Of a stretch of DNA of 64,000 nt, positions 12,481 to 24,529 are shown piece after piece. The stretch spans positions 165,175,790 through 165,239,789 of the forward strand of contig NC_068982.1 of assembly GCF_001194135.2 (NCBI RefSeq), written 5' to 3'. The first letter of the stretch is position 1. Each line of letters opens with the position of its first letter. A model generated the notes under the pieces. It had not been told where the DNA came from and ran no database searches. It saw only the letters and a list, made by a program, of their open reading frames with translations. The stretch comes from Octopus bimaculoides (lineage: Eukaryota). A program made the position numbers and the translations under genes.

Positions 12481-13690
12481 TTTCCTCCATATACAAACCA
12501 CAAATATCTAACGTTCATATTATCAGAAACACGTGCGTGCACACATACACTCTCACACACATATATACACACACACACGCACACACACACACACATATAT
12601 ATATGTTTATACATATAACTACATGTATATATACATATATATCTATATACATATATAGATATAAACATACACACACATACACACACAAATACATACACAC
12701 ACACATACACACACACACATACACACACATACACACACACCCTCAAACATATATAAATCAGCAAGTTTCGTGGATATAACAATAATTAGGTAAACAGGTT
12801 ATATATCAGAAATGTATATGCAACATGCAGAACATACTGCGAATTCCTTAAAAAATTAGCTAATGATAATGTCCCTCTCCGTCGAGAAAGAGAGACGAGG
12901 GAGTTTGGGAAGGAGATTTTACCAAATGAGTGAAGAGGGAACATTGATCGATAGACACATAATTACTGCTTCGACATTTTATACAGAATCATGAGACATA
13001 AGTTATGCTTTTATATACATGCATACATACACACACATGTGTGTGTGGGGGGGGTCTATATGTATAAGAGAACAGAAAAATAATACACATACTTACGTAC
13101 ATGTTTATGCACGTGTAAATAATACATATTAACTTATATGTGTGTATCTATGTGGGTGTATATAAGTGTGTGTGTGTGTGTGTGAGTGTGTGTGTGTGTG
13201 AGTGTGTGTGTGTGTGTGTGTGTATACACACATATATTTTGAAATAGAAGCGGCCGGCAAACACCGAGAACCACACACCCATAAGAATATATGTATGTAT
13301 GTTGCCTTGTATATGGGGCTATATGTGTAACAGTGACGGTGTCCATGTATGAGAATGAGTATGCTTGTGTGCGCGTATAAAATCGATTGAAAGTAATGAC
13401 GGTATTTACGTCTAGATGAACGGTAAACAACGCAATAGAAGAACAGGTTATCATGATGAGAAAAACGTAGACAATTTTGTAATTTGCTACGGCATCGGAG
13501 GAAAATCACTCCTAAACAGACATATGATGTGTGATTCTCTTTCACATACATAATTTCATTATTTCCACCATCTCGAGAAATCAATATGTCCATTAAATAT
13601 GAAGATATGTTTACCAAGAAACCTAATAATATATATGTGTGAGTGTGTGTGTGAGAGTGTGTGTGAGAGTGTGTGTATCAGAATATACAT

Positions 13691-13766
<76 letters not shown>

Positions 13767-13814
13767 ATATGTATATGCATACGTATATATATAAATATGC
13801 GTGTGTATATATTT

Positions 13815-13868
<54 letters not shown>

Positions 13869-15751
13869 GTATATATATACATATATCTAATAGACTTATA
13901 AAACCTACACATACATATATATACATATTTAATGTACATTTATATATGTGTGTTTGTTTATGCGTGTATAGATATATGTATACATACTTATACATAAGAT
14001 ATATAAACACGTACATATATGCATACGAATATATCTATTTATGTATATATGCATGAGTATATGTTCCTGTGTCTGTGTGGTATATACATATATTTCTTTT
14101 ATATATGTTAGTTAACATGACATGTATTCTCTTCTGTGCTAATTTATTTTTTATTTTTTCCAATCGATGAAAAATGGATAAGGGAACGAGGTAATGTATA
14201 GATCAAATTTAAAAGCATGTTTTTATGTGAATGTAATTGTGTTTGTATTTATGATTTCCTTCGTTTTTCACAGTTAAGTAGTACACTCTGTGTTGTCAAA
14301 CTGGAGCTGTAAATTTACTCTAAGAAGCTGATAAACAAATATCATAATACCGACGTACTAAACGCGAGAAATGTTAAATCTTGAGAAGAGCAGAATAAAA
14401 TTGAATCTAGAAATAATAATTTAGTCATATTATTCGTGTTTCTTCATAGTGTTCTCTTTTATTTTATTTTAATTTTTATTTCTGATTTGAAGAGTATTTG
14501 ACAATAAAATTTCAATTACGTAATGCTTTCATTGTTTTTCAATATGCAAAACACTTTAATGGCAAATAATGAACTTGAAAATAGTTCGCACCTCGAATGG
14601 TGGTTGTGATGCTGTTAGTGATTTTTCAGTGGTAGAAGTTGCAGTTACCATGATGTAAATTCTGCAGCTGTGTATATTTTTATAGTGTAAGTACATGCAA
14701 ATTATTGAACTGACAAAGTCAAGGGATTGGAGAGTTACACAGTATAGATTTATGTCATAAGTTATCATATTCTACTATTTGCATTTATATTAATAATATT
14801 ATTGTTGCATTACAATGTAATCACAAATAGAAGAAACATTCTAGCTGTGCCTGTGGTGGTTTTACACAATAAATTATTAAAGATAATTTACAACAAAATA
14901 GCGTCAGTACAATCACGATGATTTTTATCACTTGCATACTTTGACACACATCAAAATTATTTTTTGTGAACTTTAAAAGAAATCTTCCTGACGCGTGATG
15001 TAATTGATTTTCGAGAGCACGTGAATACGCGATAGTAAGATAGATGAATTTGAAACAGTTACAGTCGTTATCAGTTGCTCATTCCCAAATCTCTGGCGTG
15101 TACGTTAGACAAAAAAAAAAGTAGTTAAAAATTTTTACTTTTTCATCAACAAACTCACAACAAATATTAGTTCGAGACTTCATTTGCATAGCAACGTTGA
15201 AACAGAAATTTTGCTTTTGTTAGTTTTGCGTAGCGTTCCCCAACAACAAAACAAAATGAAAAGAAAATGATATATAATCTGGAAACAGAGATCAAGTTTT
15301 TTATAAATATGACGAGTATATAGTGAAACAAAAATGACAAATGCATATATACGCACAAATATATATGCATTTGTCGAACGATGAAAATGAATGCTCAACA
15401 CTGCATTGGTGGATATATGATTTCTTTATGAAATTGCTGTCGATGCTGGTATTTCTGCCGCTTAATGCAGCCGCCAAATGTAGCGCCTTGAGGATGACGA
15501 AACTTCATACGAAATTAAATAGAGGATCATAAAGTAGCTGGGGTCCTATATAAACGGGAGAGGACGATGCAAGCTTTACATAGTAAAGCGGGCAAGGATC
15601 CTTAAAAGCTCACTAGACCCGGATAATCTCTTAAACTCAAGTCACAAGATCTATAGTCCCTACCCCTCTTTCAAACGCTACCTGCTGCAAGCGTGGGATT
15701 ACCCGTTCGTTGATTAGGGCTGTAAAAAGTACTTGCAGACCGGATCCACGT

Positions 15752-17441
15752 AGGGGTTTTCTTGCCATCGTTTTATCATGGTCCGTTGCTGTTCTAGTTT
15801 TAGTTTGGATTTCATTTGTTTTATAGTTTTTGTTGTTTCTTCTTCTTCTTCTTCTTCTTCTTCTTCTCCTTCTTCTTCTTCTTCTTCTTCTTCTTCTTGA
15901 AATTTATTAGGTAGTATGATTTCTTGTTTGTATTTGTCAGCTTCCTTAAATACGATAAACAGTTTTTTGTTTTGCTCGTGTTTCGTAGCTATTTGTATTA
16001 GTTTTGCTTGCTTCTGAAGTAGGTATTTTTGCAGTCCTATGGTGGTTATTTTATAATAGCTTTCCAGCTGTATAAGGCCTCTACCACCTTATGTACGTTG
16101 TATATATATCTTTTCTATGTCAGATTTTAGTTGGAGCATCCTAGATCCTGTCATTATTTTTCTTGTTTTCCTGTCTATTTTAGTTCATTTAGTGTCCAAT
16201 TAAGGATATTGTAGCTGTAACTTATAACTGGGACGGCTAAAGTGTTAATACCTATTATCTTGTTTTTAGCATTGGGTTCTGTTTTTAGTATTGATCTAAC
16301 TCGTCTATAGTATTCTTTCCTTATTTTCTCTTTCATTTGTGTGTGTTGTATCCTATCTAATTCATTAATTCCTAAATATTTCTATGTCTGGCTTTGGTCT
16401 AATTATCTTATTTCATTGGTTTTATATAGTGCGATGTCGCTATTCTTAACTTGTTTTCCTCTTTTCAGTTTGCTTTGGCACATTTTTCTAATTCAAATGT
16501 GATATCTATTTCTTTGGTAAATCCATGTACGCTTTGTAATAGTGTTTCCCGCTGTTTATCATTTGTTGCGTGTAGTTTTAGGTCATCCATATATAAAAGG
16601 TGGCTGATTGTTTTGCCGTAACATTTGTATCCGCACCCAGTTCTATTCAGCAAATCAGTTAAAGGTGTCAGTGCCAAGCAAAACAGGAGTGGAGAGAGCG
16701 TGTCTCCCTGGAATATTCCTCTTCTAACGGGGATGGCTTTTGTTTTCACGAATCCCTCTTTTGTTTGGAGCTGTAGCACTGTCTGCCATTTATTCATAGA
16801 GTGCCTTATGTGTTTTATAATTATTGGTCCCACGTTGTTTATCGCTGGTGTGTCGAGGATCCACGTGTGGGGAACACTATCAAAAGCCTTTCGGCAGTCG
16901 ATCCAGGCCATACTGAAGCCTTTCTTCTTTCTGCGGCTGTCTTCAGTTATGGCTTCATTGATCATTAATTGATCTTTACGGCCGTTTGAGCCCTTGCATC
17001 ATCCCTTCTGCTCTTCTGGAAACAGGCTGTTTTCTTTCAGGTGCTTACTCAGTCTCTGCGATATTATTGCAGTCAAGATTTTGAAGATTGTAGGGAGACA
17101 GGTCATAGGTCTGTAGTTTTGTGGTTTTGCCGTTCCCGTGGATTTGGGATTTAGGATAGTTTTCCCTTTCGTGATCCCTTCAGGCATTATCTCTGGCTTT
17201 GCTGGTATGTCGTTAAAGTCTTCAGCCGGCTTTTTGTGTATTCCTGTCAGATATTTTAACCAGATGTTGGGGATCTTGTAGTGCCCAGGTGCCTTCGAGT
17301 TTGTTTAGTCTTTGCAGTGCCTGGTTGACCTCTTCAATTGTTATAGGGGTCCAAAATTGGTCAGGTGCTAAGTTCGTTGTTTTAATAGTCCTTTTCTGAA
17401 GTTGTTCCTTCACCGACCATATTTTTTCCAAAATTCTTCCA

Positions 17442-17442
<1 letters not shown>
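15752..17442 (-). mobile_element. R4/Dong-like non-LTR retrotransposon RT fragment (truncated, disrupted)
   Basis: NYRPMTCLPTIFK, EEQKG, MAWIDCRKAFDSVPH, RRGIFQGDTLSPLLF, ISHLLYMDDLKL, KYLGI, GGRGL and RWQENP in order; these match RLE-type R4/Dong RTs. Multiple stops and frameshifts. Confidence 0.88.

Positions 17443-17511
<69 letters not shown>
17443..17511. repeat. (ATT)n microsatellite
   Basis: About 23 uninterrupted units between two retroposon pieces. Confidence 0.98.
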
Positions 17512-17941
17512 GTTGAGTGAGAGAGCAGTGCATGCTATAAAAATGACACTGGTAAAATATACGAAGCCCATTATACCCACCTTGACTACCCGTCCGATAA
17601 GGGTACACAAGACACATGCATCACAACTATATGTGCGCGACATGGTGATCTCATATCAAGATTAACAGCGCATGACCTTGCAGGTGGGGCCGAGTTAGAA
17701 TTTTCTTCAGGTCGAGTAGCCCATCCCGCTCAAAAGGTCCCTGAATAAGGTTTGTCTAAGGATGTTGAGCAAAACACCCATGTTTACAAAAGTGAATTAT
17801 TCAAACCCCAAAGAATTTCTCTCAACTCATGGCTATGATGCTCCCCCACTACTTTTGCTCGTGATCAGAGATGCACACATCGTCAGCCACCAAGGGACAT
17901 GCTCAACTGGTTAAGGTCAACCAACTGACAAGCAAATTTGT
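17512..17941 (-). mobile_element. Non-coding GC-richer interspersed repeat bracketed by (AAT)n; probable retroposon 3' UTR
   Basis: Sharp composition change, with (ATT)n on both sides. Class is inferred, as there is only one copy in the window. Confidence 0.45.
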
Positions 17942-17990
17942 GATTATTATTATTATCATTATTATTGTTAATATTATTATTGTTATTCAG

Positions 17991-18062
17991 GTCACTGCCT
18001 GGAATCGAACTCGGAATCTTGCGGTTAGTAGTCTGCGCTCTTAACCACTACGCAATATGTCC
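17991..18062 (-). other. tRNA-like cassette (Pol III A/B boxes), not a functional tRNA
   Basis: Minus strand: gcgtagtggttaagagcgc (A box/D arm), ctactaa loop, gagttcgattcc (B box); anticodon and T stems imperfect. Confidence 0.75.
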
Positions 18063-18080
18063 GTGGGCATATTTTAGGGC

Positions 18081-18476
18081 TTATAAATCTAATATTTTCC
18101 TATCCTTCGTTAATACCGGTTCCCATATGCTATTCATATTTGCACTCACTATGCTTAGGAGGTTGTTGTGTCCTAGTATATGTGCTGCTTCTTTTAGTTT
18201 TCGTATTTTCCAGTGGTATTCTCTGTCTATTATTTTAACTTCATCCCACAGGAAGAGGTGGTCCCCATTTTTCCATACATGATCAGCTATACCCGATTTA
18301 CCAATATCTCTTTGTGTCACAACTTTGCGATGTTCGTATACCCTTATTTTGAGGGGGCAACATGTTTCGCCTTTGTATAACCTACCACAGCGGCATGGAG
18401 TGGACTACAGGCAGTTTTTTTACCATATTCTTTTCTATTGGTGGTTTTACTCGAAGGAGATATTTTCGAAGTGTTT
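18081..18476 (-). mobile_element. Penelope-like element, GIY-YIG endonuclease C-terminal fragment
   Basis: PCRCGRLYKGETCLPLKIRVYEHRK...SGIADHVWKNGDHLFLWDEVKIIDREYHWKIRKLKEAAHI; same family as 60216-60590. Confidence 0.88.
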
Positions 18477-18477
18477 A

Positions 18478-18585
18478 CTCCTTCGACTAAAACAACCAAG
18501 AGAATATGACCAAAAACTATGTGTACTCCATCCCATGCAGCTGCGGTAGGTTATAGAAAGGTGAAACATGCCGCTCTCTCAAATT
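18478..18585 (+). mobile_element. Inverted partial copy of the adjacent PLE
   Basis: ctccttcgactaaaacaaccaagagaatatg...gctgcggtaggttatagaaaggtgaaacatg mirrors 18345-18460. Confidence 0.85.
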
Positions 18586-18699
18586 ACTGATATTTCCTTA
18601 GTAAAATGCAGCTTGAGAGAGGAGCGCAAGAATTTGACACTATGCTAAATAATAGTCAAGGTTTAGACAGATTCGAGAAACTAATTAGTCAAAGAGATA

Positions 18700-19300
18700 A
18701 GTTGTCGAAAGTCATGACTGACAAACGCCAAAAATATTGTCTGTATATGTCTGCAGATACCATAGTATCAATGAACGTCTGTGCATTATCAGTAACGACA
18801 TATTGTGCTCTCATATTGGGTCATCTGTGAAGAGAGCGCTGGCAACAGGTGGGAATTCTATTCTGATTTGTGGAACTTCTTCAATCAACAACTAACGACA
18901 GGGGGGATGTTCCATTATTCTCAGATGAAAGCTGCATAATGTGCAACGGTTGTATGGCAATGGACGTATTTGATAAATGCCTTTATCACCTCTGTATGAT
19001 CTCTCAGGAACACCTTATTTTAAGCCTTTTTTGTGGATGAAACCAGCCACTCTCTTTATAACCGCATCTAAGTTCTTCTCCCAGAGTTTTGGCTCTCACC
19101 AATATCCAAGCAACTCATTTAGAACGTCGGTCATGCAAACCACTAGTCATTGGTGTGGATCTTTGTTCAAACACTGAGTTGCAAGCGTAGAGTACTGGTT
19201 AATGCATGTTCTTGATAACAAATTTTATTTCTTCTTTTGGTGTCGAATCCATCGTAATCCGTGCAAGAAGAGCAGATCACAGATGCTCGCACGGCTCGTC
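18700..19300 (-). mobile_element. Possible highly decayed CR1/L2-type LINE RT remnant
   Basis: Only weak traces (EEIKFVIKN; FIHKKG...SYR) resembling the PIHKKG..NYRP region. Confidence 0.25.
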
Positions 19301-19440
19301 GCATCACAGTTACAAGGACATCTCTCTTTCTCTCTCTCTCCTTCTCAATGTCTCTAGCTTCTGCAAAAATGGCTCACAAGCCAAAATAGAGTGGAAAAAA
19401 GCTTCTGCTGATAATTCTATTGAGTGGGCGAGGGAAATCA

Positions 19441-19442
19441 AA

Positions 19443-19478
<36 letters not shown>

Positions 19479-19679
19479 TGGAGGAGGAGGGTGAGGAGGA
19501 GGGGAGAAGAAGAAGAAGAAGAAGAAGAAGAAGAAGAAAAAGAAGAAGAAAATGATGATGATGAGGAGGAGGAGGAGGGGAGAAAAAGAAGAAGAAGAAG
19601 AAGAAGAAGAAGAAGAAGAAAAAGAAGAAGAAAAGGATGATGATGATGATGATGAGGAGGAGGAGGAGTGGAGAAGAAG

Positions 19680-19710
<31 letters not shown>

Positions 19711-19878
19711 TGATGATGATGATGATGAAGAGGAGGTGGAGAAAGGGTAGTTGTTGTTGTTGCTGGTGGTGGTATTGTTGTTGTTGTTGGTGGTGGTGGT
19801 GGTAGTGGTGGTGGTTGTGGTAGAGGTGGTGGCGGTGTTCATGGTCATGATAATGATGATAATGATGATGATGATGCT
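19441..19878. repeat. Compound trinucleotide array (GAT/GAG/GAA cycles, then GTT/GGT/GAT)
   Basis: Direct reading; the ORFs called here are low-complexity artefacts. Confidence 0.95.
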
Positions 19879-20070
19879 AATGATGAAGATTATAAAAAAA
19901 GCAATAATAGTGGTTTCTAATTATATTATACTCAAGTGGAACATTATTTCAATTTCCCGTGAGCTAAAATATTTTTTGTTCATTATCCTGGTTTGGGCTG
20001 AATATTTTCTGTCATTCCTTCCTTATTGATGAATTATAATAGTCATTATAACTATATATACATGCACACA

Positions 20071-20106
<36 letters not shown>

Positions 20107-21009
20107 CACACACACACATAAACACATATACTCATATGTATATAGATATTCCAATCTAACGTCTTTATTTTCAATCTTATTATGTAACAACAGCTGAGTC
20201 TCGTTCGTCTCATGTAAACAACACCTGATAATGAACCAAACCTTATTCCCTGTAGACATTCTGTTTTGAAGCAATGCATTGTCTCCGTATTAATACTCCT
20301 TCTACTCTTATGTCTCCTATTTTCTTTTTCTATCAATAATTTCTCTCTTCATTTCTCCATATATGCTACCTTCAGTAATTCTTATCTCAACAACAAAAGA
20401 ATTCGTCAACGTTATCAATGTTAATAGTGATTTACTCTTATGCTAATCGTGTTTTTGAATGTTTCTTTACTTTCAGTTAAATAAATCTTCGATAATGCCT
20501 TACACACATGGAATAAGGAATCACGATGTCGGATTATGAAATATGAACTGGGAGCTGGGTAGGATGTGAAGAGGTGAAGTATTTACTTTAACATTCATTT
20601 AATCTCTAGGAAAGCCTATTTCGAAATTATAAAAGAAAAAAAGAAAACACTTATAAAGGCACAGGAATACACACTTGAAGAAAGAAGATACGAATTCTAT
20701 TAACTTCAGTCTTTTTGACACTTCTTATTTTATCAACACAGAAGCAACGAAAGACAGCTTTAATATCGGTAGAATTGGAATTTAAAATGCGAACAGACGT
20801 TATAAAATACCGTATAGCTTACTGCTCAACGTTTTGTCTCCTTAATGATAACGAAATATATAACGTCAACAGACTCTCGTACCTGAAAGGGTTTCATTAA
20901 TCACATTTACATCAGTACCTAAGTGTATATATTTCATTGGATTCTAAATAGCAATAATAATAATTTCCAAATTAGACACAACGACGATTTTGTGGGAGAG
21001 ATTTAATGA

Positions 21010-21250
21010 ATACATCTGTCGCACTACTACACATGTACTTCCTTTCATCGATCCCTAAGGGCTAGAAGTTAAACATGACGGCGAAACTTTGCACGTAAAG
21101 ACCTGGACGACATATCGCAATACATTTACTCGACCTCGAAAGGATGAAAGGCAAAGTCGAACTCGGTGGAATTTGAATTCAGAACTTAGCGACGGGCTAT
21201 TACCTCTAAGCATTCCGTTCAGCGTGCTAACGATTCTACCTGCTTACCAT
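21010..21250 (-). mobile_element. Diverged SINE family A fragments (probably two)
   Basis: cgaaaggatgaaaggcaaagtcgaactcggtggaatttgaattcagaac...gcgtgctaacgattctacc. Confidence 0.75.
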
Positions 21251-21286
21251 CTTAATAATGATGTCGATGATGATGATGATGATGAC

Positions 21287-21328
<42 letters not shown>

Positions 21329-21598
21329 AACAGTAGTAGTACTAGTAGTAGTTTTATTTCTCACTATGGAAATACATCTTTGGCGAGAAACTCTCCCACT
21401 TCATTTTGCCAGCACCATTGTACCATAAATGGATAATCTAAAGAATAAAAAAAATTTGTCGTTGAGTTTTCCTCTGAATTCGAAAGGTATCTCCTTCTTG
21501 ATGAGCATTAATAGTTTTCTGTCTTCTTCCAGCTCGTGTAAGGGATTTATTACGCCAATATTCTCACTTAAAACATCCATCAATGTTTGAAGTATTCA

Positions 21599-22031
21599 AG
21601 GGCGGCGAACTGGCAGACACGCTAGCACGCCGGGTGAAATGCTTAGCGGTATTTCGTCTGCCGTTATGTTCTGAGTTCAAATTCCGCCTTTCATCCTTTC
21701 GGGATCGATAAATTAAGTACCAGTTACGCACTGGGGTCGATATAATCGACTTAATCCCTTTGTCTGTCCTTGTTTGTCCCCTCTATGTTTAGCCCCTTGT
21801 AGGCAATAGAGAAATAAGAATCGTTAGCATGCCCGGTGAAATGTTTAGCGGTACTTCGTCTGTCTTTAAGTTCTGAGTTCAAATTCCACCGAGGTCGACT
21901 TTGCCTTTCATCTTTTCGGGGTCGATAAATTGCATACTGGGATAAATTGCATACCAGTTGCATACTGGGATTGATCTAATCGATTGACCCCCTTCCCAAA
22001 ATGTTTAGGCCTTGTGCCTAGAGTAGAAAAG
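21599..22031 (+). mobile_element. Dimeric SINE family A with 17 bp TSD
   Basis: Two tRNA-derived monomers joined by ...tttagccccttgtaggcaatagagaaataaga; flanked by aatgtttgaagtattca (21582-21598) and aatgtttgaagtagtca (22032-22048). Confidence 0.93.
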
Positions 22032-22164
22032 AATGTTTGAAGTAGTCATGGGAGAAATGGATCGCTGCTCGTCATTCACTGTAACTCATTGTATTTCTTG
22101 TCTTTATTTAATCCCACATACAATGTTTCACTGTTCTCTATTCTCCAGTAGAATGCCATTATCA

Positions 22165-22630
22165 TGTAGAGTGGCGCTGCTAGCCATGGAATTTGGCTAG
22201 CTTAATGCTGAGAAAGGAAACTGCAATAAGGCTATATTTCTGCTTTGGCTCACCTAGAGATTGCAACTGGTTGTACTTCAGAAATAGTTTCTGGTTTTTA
22301 GTATCTCAACATCTGAAATCGCCAGATGCCCACTTATTTTTTTGCTGTTCTATTTATGTGCAGAAAGCAATTAAGTGACATCTACTCACCCGTGTATCAT
22401 TTGTGCTTTCTACTTTAAACCACCCCAGCTTAATTGCCTTGCTAAATCAAGTAATAATAAGATACATTTCCGGGGTAAATTTTCATCTTCAAAAGAATAT
22501 GTATCTCCACGCAGGCCTATCCAACCACGTGCTGTATGTTATATCTACACTCACCACTTGCCGTTATTATGCAATAAAAGCGGCAACGAACCACATTTGA
22601 ATAAGATTTTCGTCATCTATATATTGCGGC
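22165..22630 (-). mobile_element. Possible P-element/THAP9-like transposase C-terminal relic
   Basis: Minus-strand fragments WFVAAFIA and LARQLSWGGLK resemble YIAGYIA and LSRGGLxxP; frameshifts and stops; weak. Confidence 0.3.
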
Positions 22631-24529
22631 ACTAGCTTTTGGACTAGTGTCTAACGAATTATGTTCAACGTCTTCTATCTTGACCACAGTTTTAAAGGGC
22701 ATAGAAACTCTTACTCTATTTTCAGGTAAAGTTTGTATTAGTGGATTGATAAGTCGTTGGTTTTCCACGATGATATGCTATACAGACATTACGTATAATG
22801 AACGATAAAATATTTCAACTTAACAAATATCTGTAACTCATTTTCTAAAAGACTCCGACTGTGATTGGTATACAACGCACGACCCCTAGCTGTTTCTGAG
22901 TTTTCTCATGTTATTTCTGCGTCAGATACAATGTGTCAAAACTAAGGATGCATCCGACGTTACAGATCTCCAACTACATATTCAAGAAAAAATACTTTTG
23001 AGAATCTCAATCCTTAGCGATGTTGAACCGCTGACAATTTGTCAGGTAGGAAAAGAGGAATACCACTGCTTTTGTTCGCTATCTCGTAGAACTTCTCAGG
23101 AAAAAAAGTGGAACTCTTTCATGACGAACTGCTCATTATTTCTCTTTGTGAAAACCAGTTAACTTAGTACTAAGCAAGACCGATGAGGATGATTTCCATC
23201 ATTTTCCTAGGTGTGTGTATGTAAGTGGTGGTGGGGGCTGCGTGTATCGTGGTACTATTTGTGCTGCTGCTATATTTGTTGTTTTACAGGGGCCAGTTCT
23301 TTTATCACTATTGATCAGGAGCGGTAGGTTAGGATAAACGTTAGATATTTGGACATAATGACATAGAGAAATTCTACGGTTATTTTACCTGCTGAGAATC
23401 ACGGTGAGATTAATTTGATATTTTTATGTACCAGTTAAATGCTGCTGTCAAAGTAAATCGATTAACGACCTGTTCTAAAATTGTCTCGCTTTGTGTCTTT
23501 TAAAAGCATTTATTAATATTGTTCATAACTGCAGCGTAATTACATACAGCAATTCACAAACCATATTCTAATTCTTGCCTCTCAGATTTTTTAAATTTCC
23601 CTCCTAGCCATACCCTTAATAAAATCTACAAGGTAGCTACAACGCACTAGCTTCGAATTTTCGCCCGAATTTTAATTCTCTTTCCACTTCAAATGACATA
23701 TGAAGAAGTCAATGAGGCATTGTTTAGAGATACAGAGATCTCTCAAGGTTTCAGCCGCTTCTACCAAAAACCAGTTTTACCGTAGTTAATAGAGGGGAAC
23801 TTCCGGTCCCTCCTTAGCAATTAGAAGTGATGGGATAATTTTTACAACTGACACGATAGAATTCCCAATCCTTATCACGCATGATAAGAGCTATTTCAAT
23901 ATATGACCTCATACACAGCAATTTTCATTATGAATTTAAAGAATGTTTAACATCCCATTTGCAAATGACTACGCAGTCATTCCTGTAAAAACAATAATAG
24001 ATATTATATATGTATGTATGTATATATCTGTATGTGTGCGTGTTTATGTGTGTGTGCGTATGTGTGTGTCTGCGGGCGTGTGTATGTGTTTGTATTTGAC
24101 AGCAAAACCCATATTAGATAAAACTTTATATAAAGGAGTGTGGATTATTATTTATAGCTTTATCTATTTCGAATTGCACCACTAAAAGAGAATTATTTTA
24201 CGTGTCTTAAAGTTTATAAATTCTTAGGACGTAAACAATACACCCACGTACACATTTTTTTAATGACTACGGAAAGATATGTAAATATTGTTGAATTTTT
24301 TAACCAACATATGCTCATCTTAAGCATGTTATGCATATTTTCCTTGACGTACATGGTATCTTGGGGAAAGAACTCAGTTGTTTCTGCAACCAAAAGAGAC
24401 AATTCCCACAATATCTTATCAAGCACCGAAAGTTACGTCAGATATGGTTAGTTGAGGGTTTACATCACTGATACTAGCCAGATCAACCGCATTAGCGTTA
24501 CTAAAAACAGAGCAGTATTGTCTCAACAG

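Noticed and set aside
15182-15196. ATTTGCATAGCAACG octamer / Sox-Oct-like composite
   Set aside because: Two mismatches to the composite and a single occurrence, so not distinguishable from chance.
17991-18062. Functional tRNA gene interpretation of this cassette and of the SINE heads
   Set aside because: The acceptor, anticodon and T stems do not pair properly and the context is repeat-derived.
22708-22731. Polypyrimidine-AG|GT sites resembling recursive splice points (also about 26220 minus, 57388 minus, 60902 plus)
   Set aside because: Such strings are expected by chance in AT-rich DNA, occur on both strands, and no host transcript is known.
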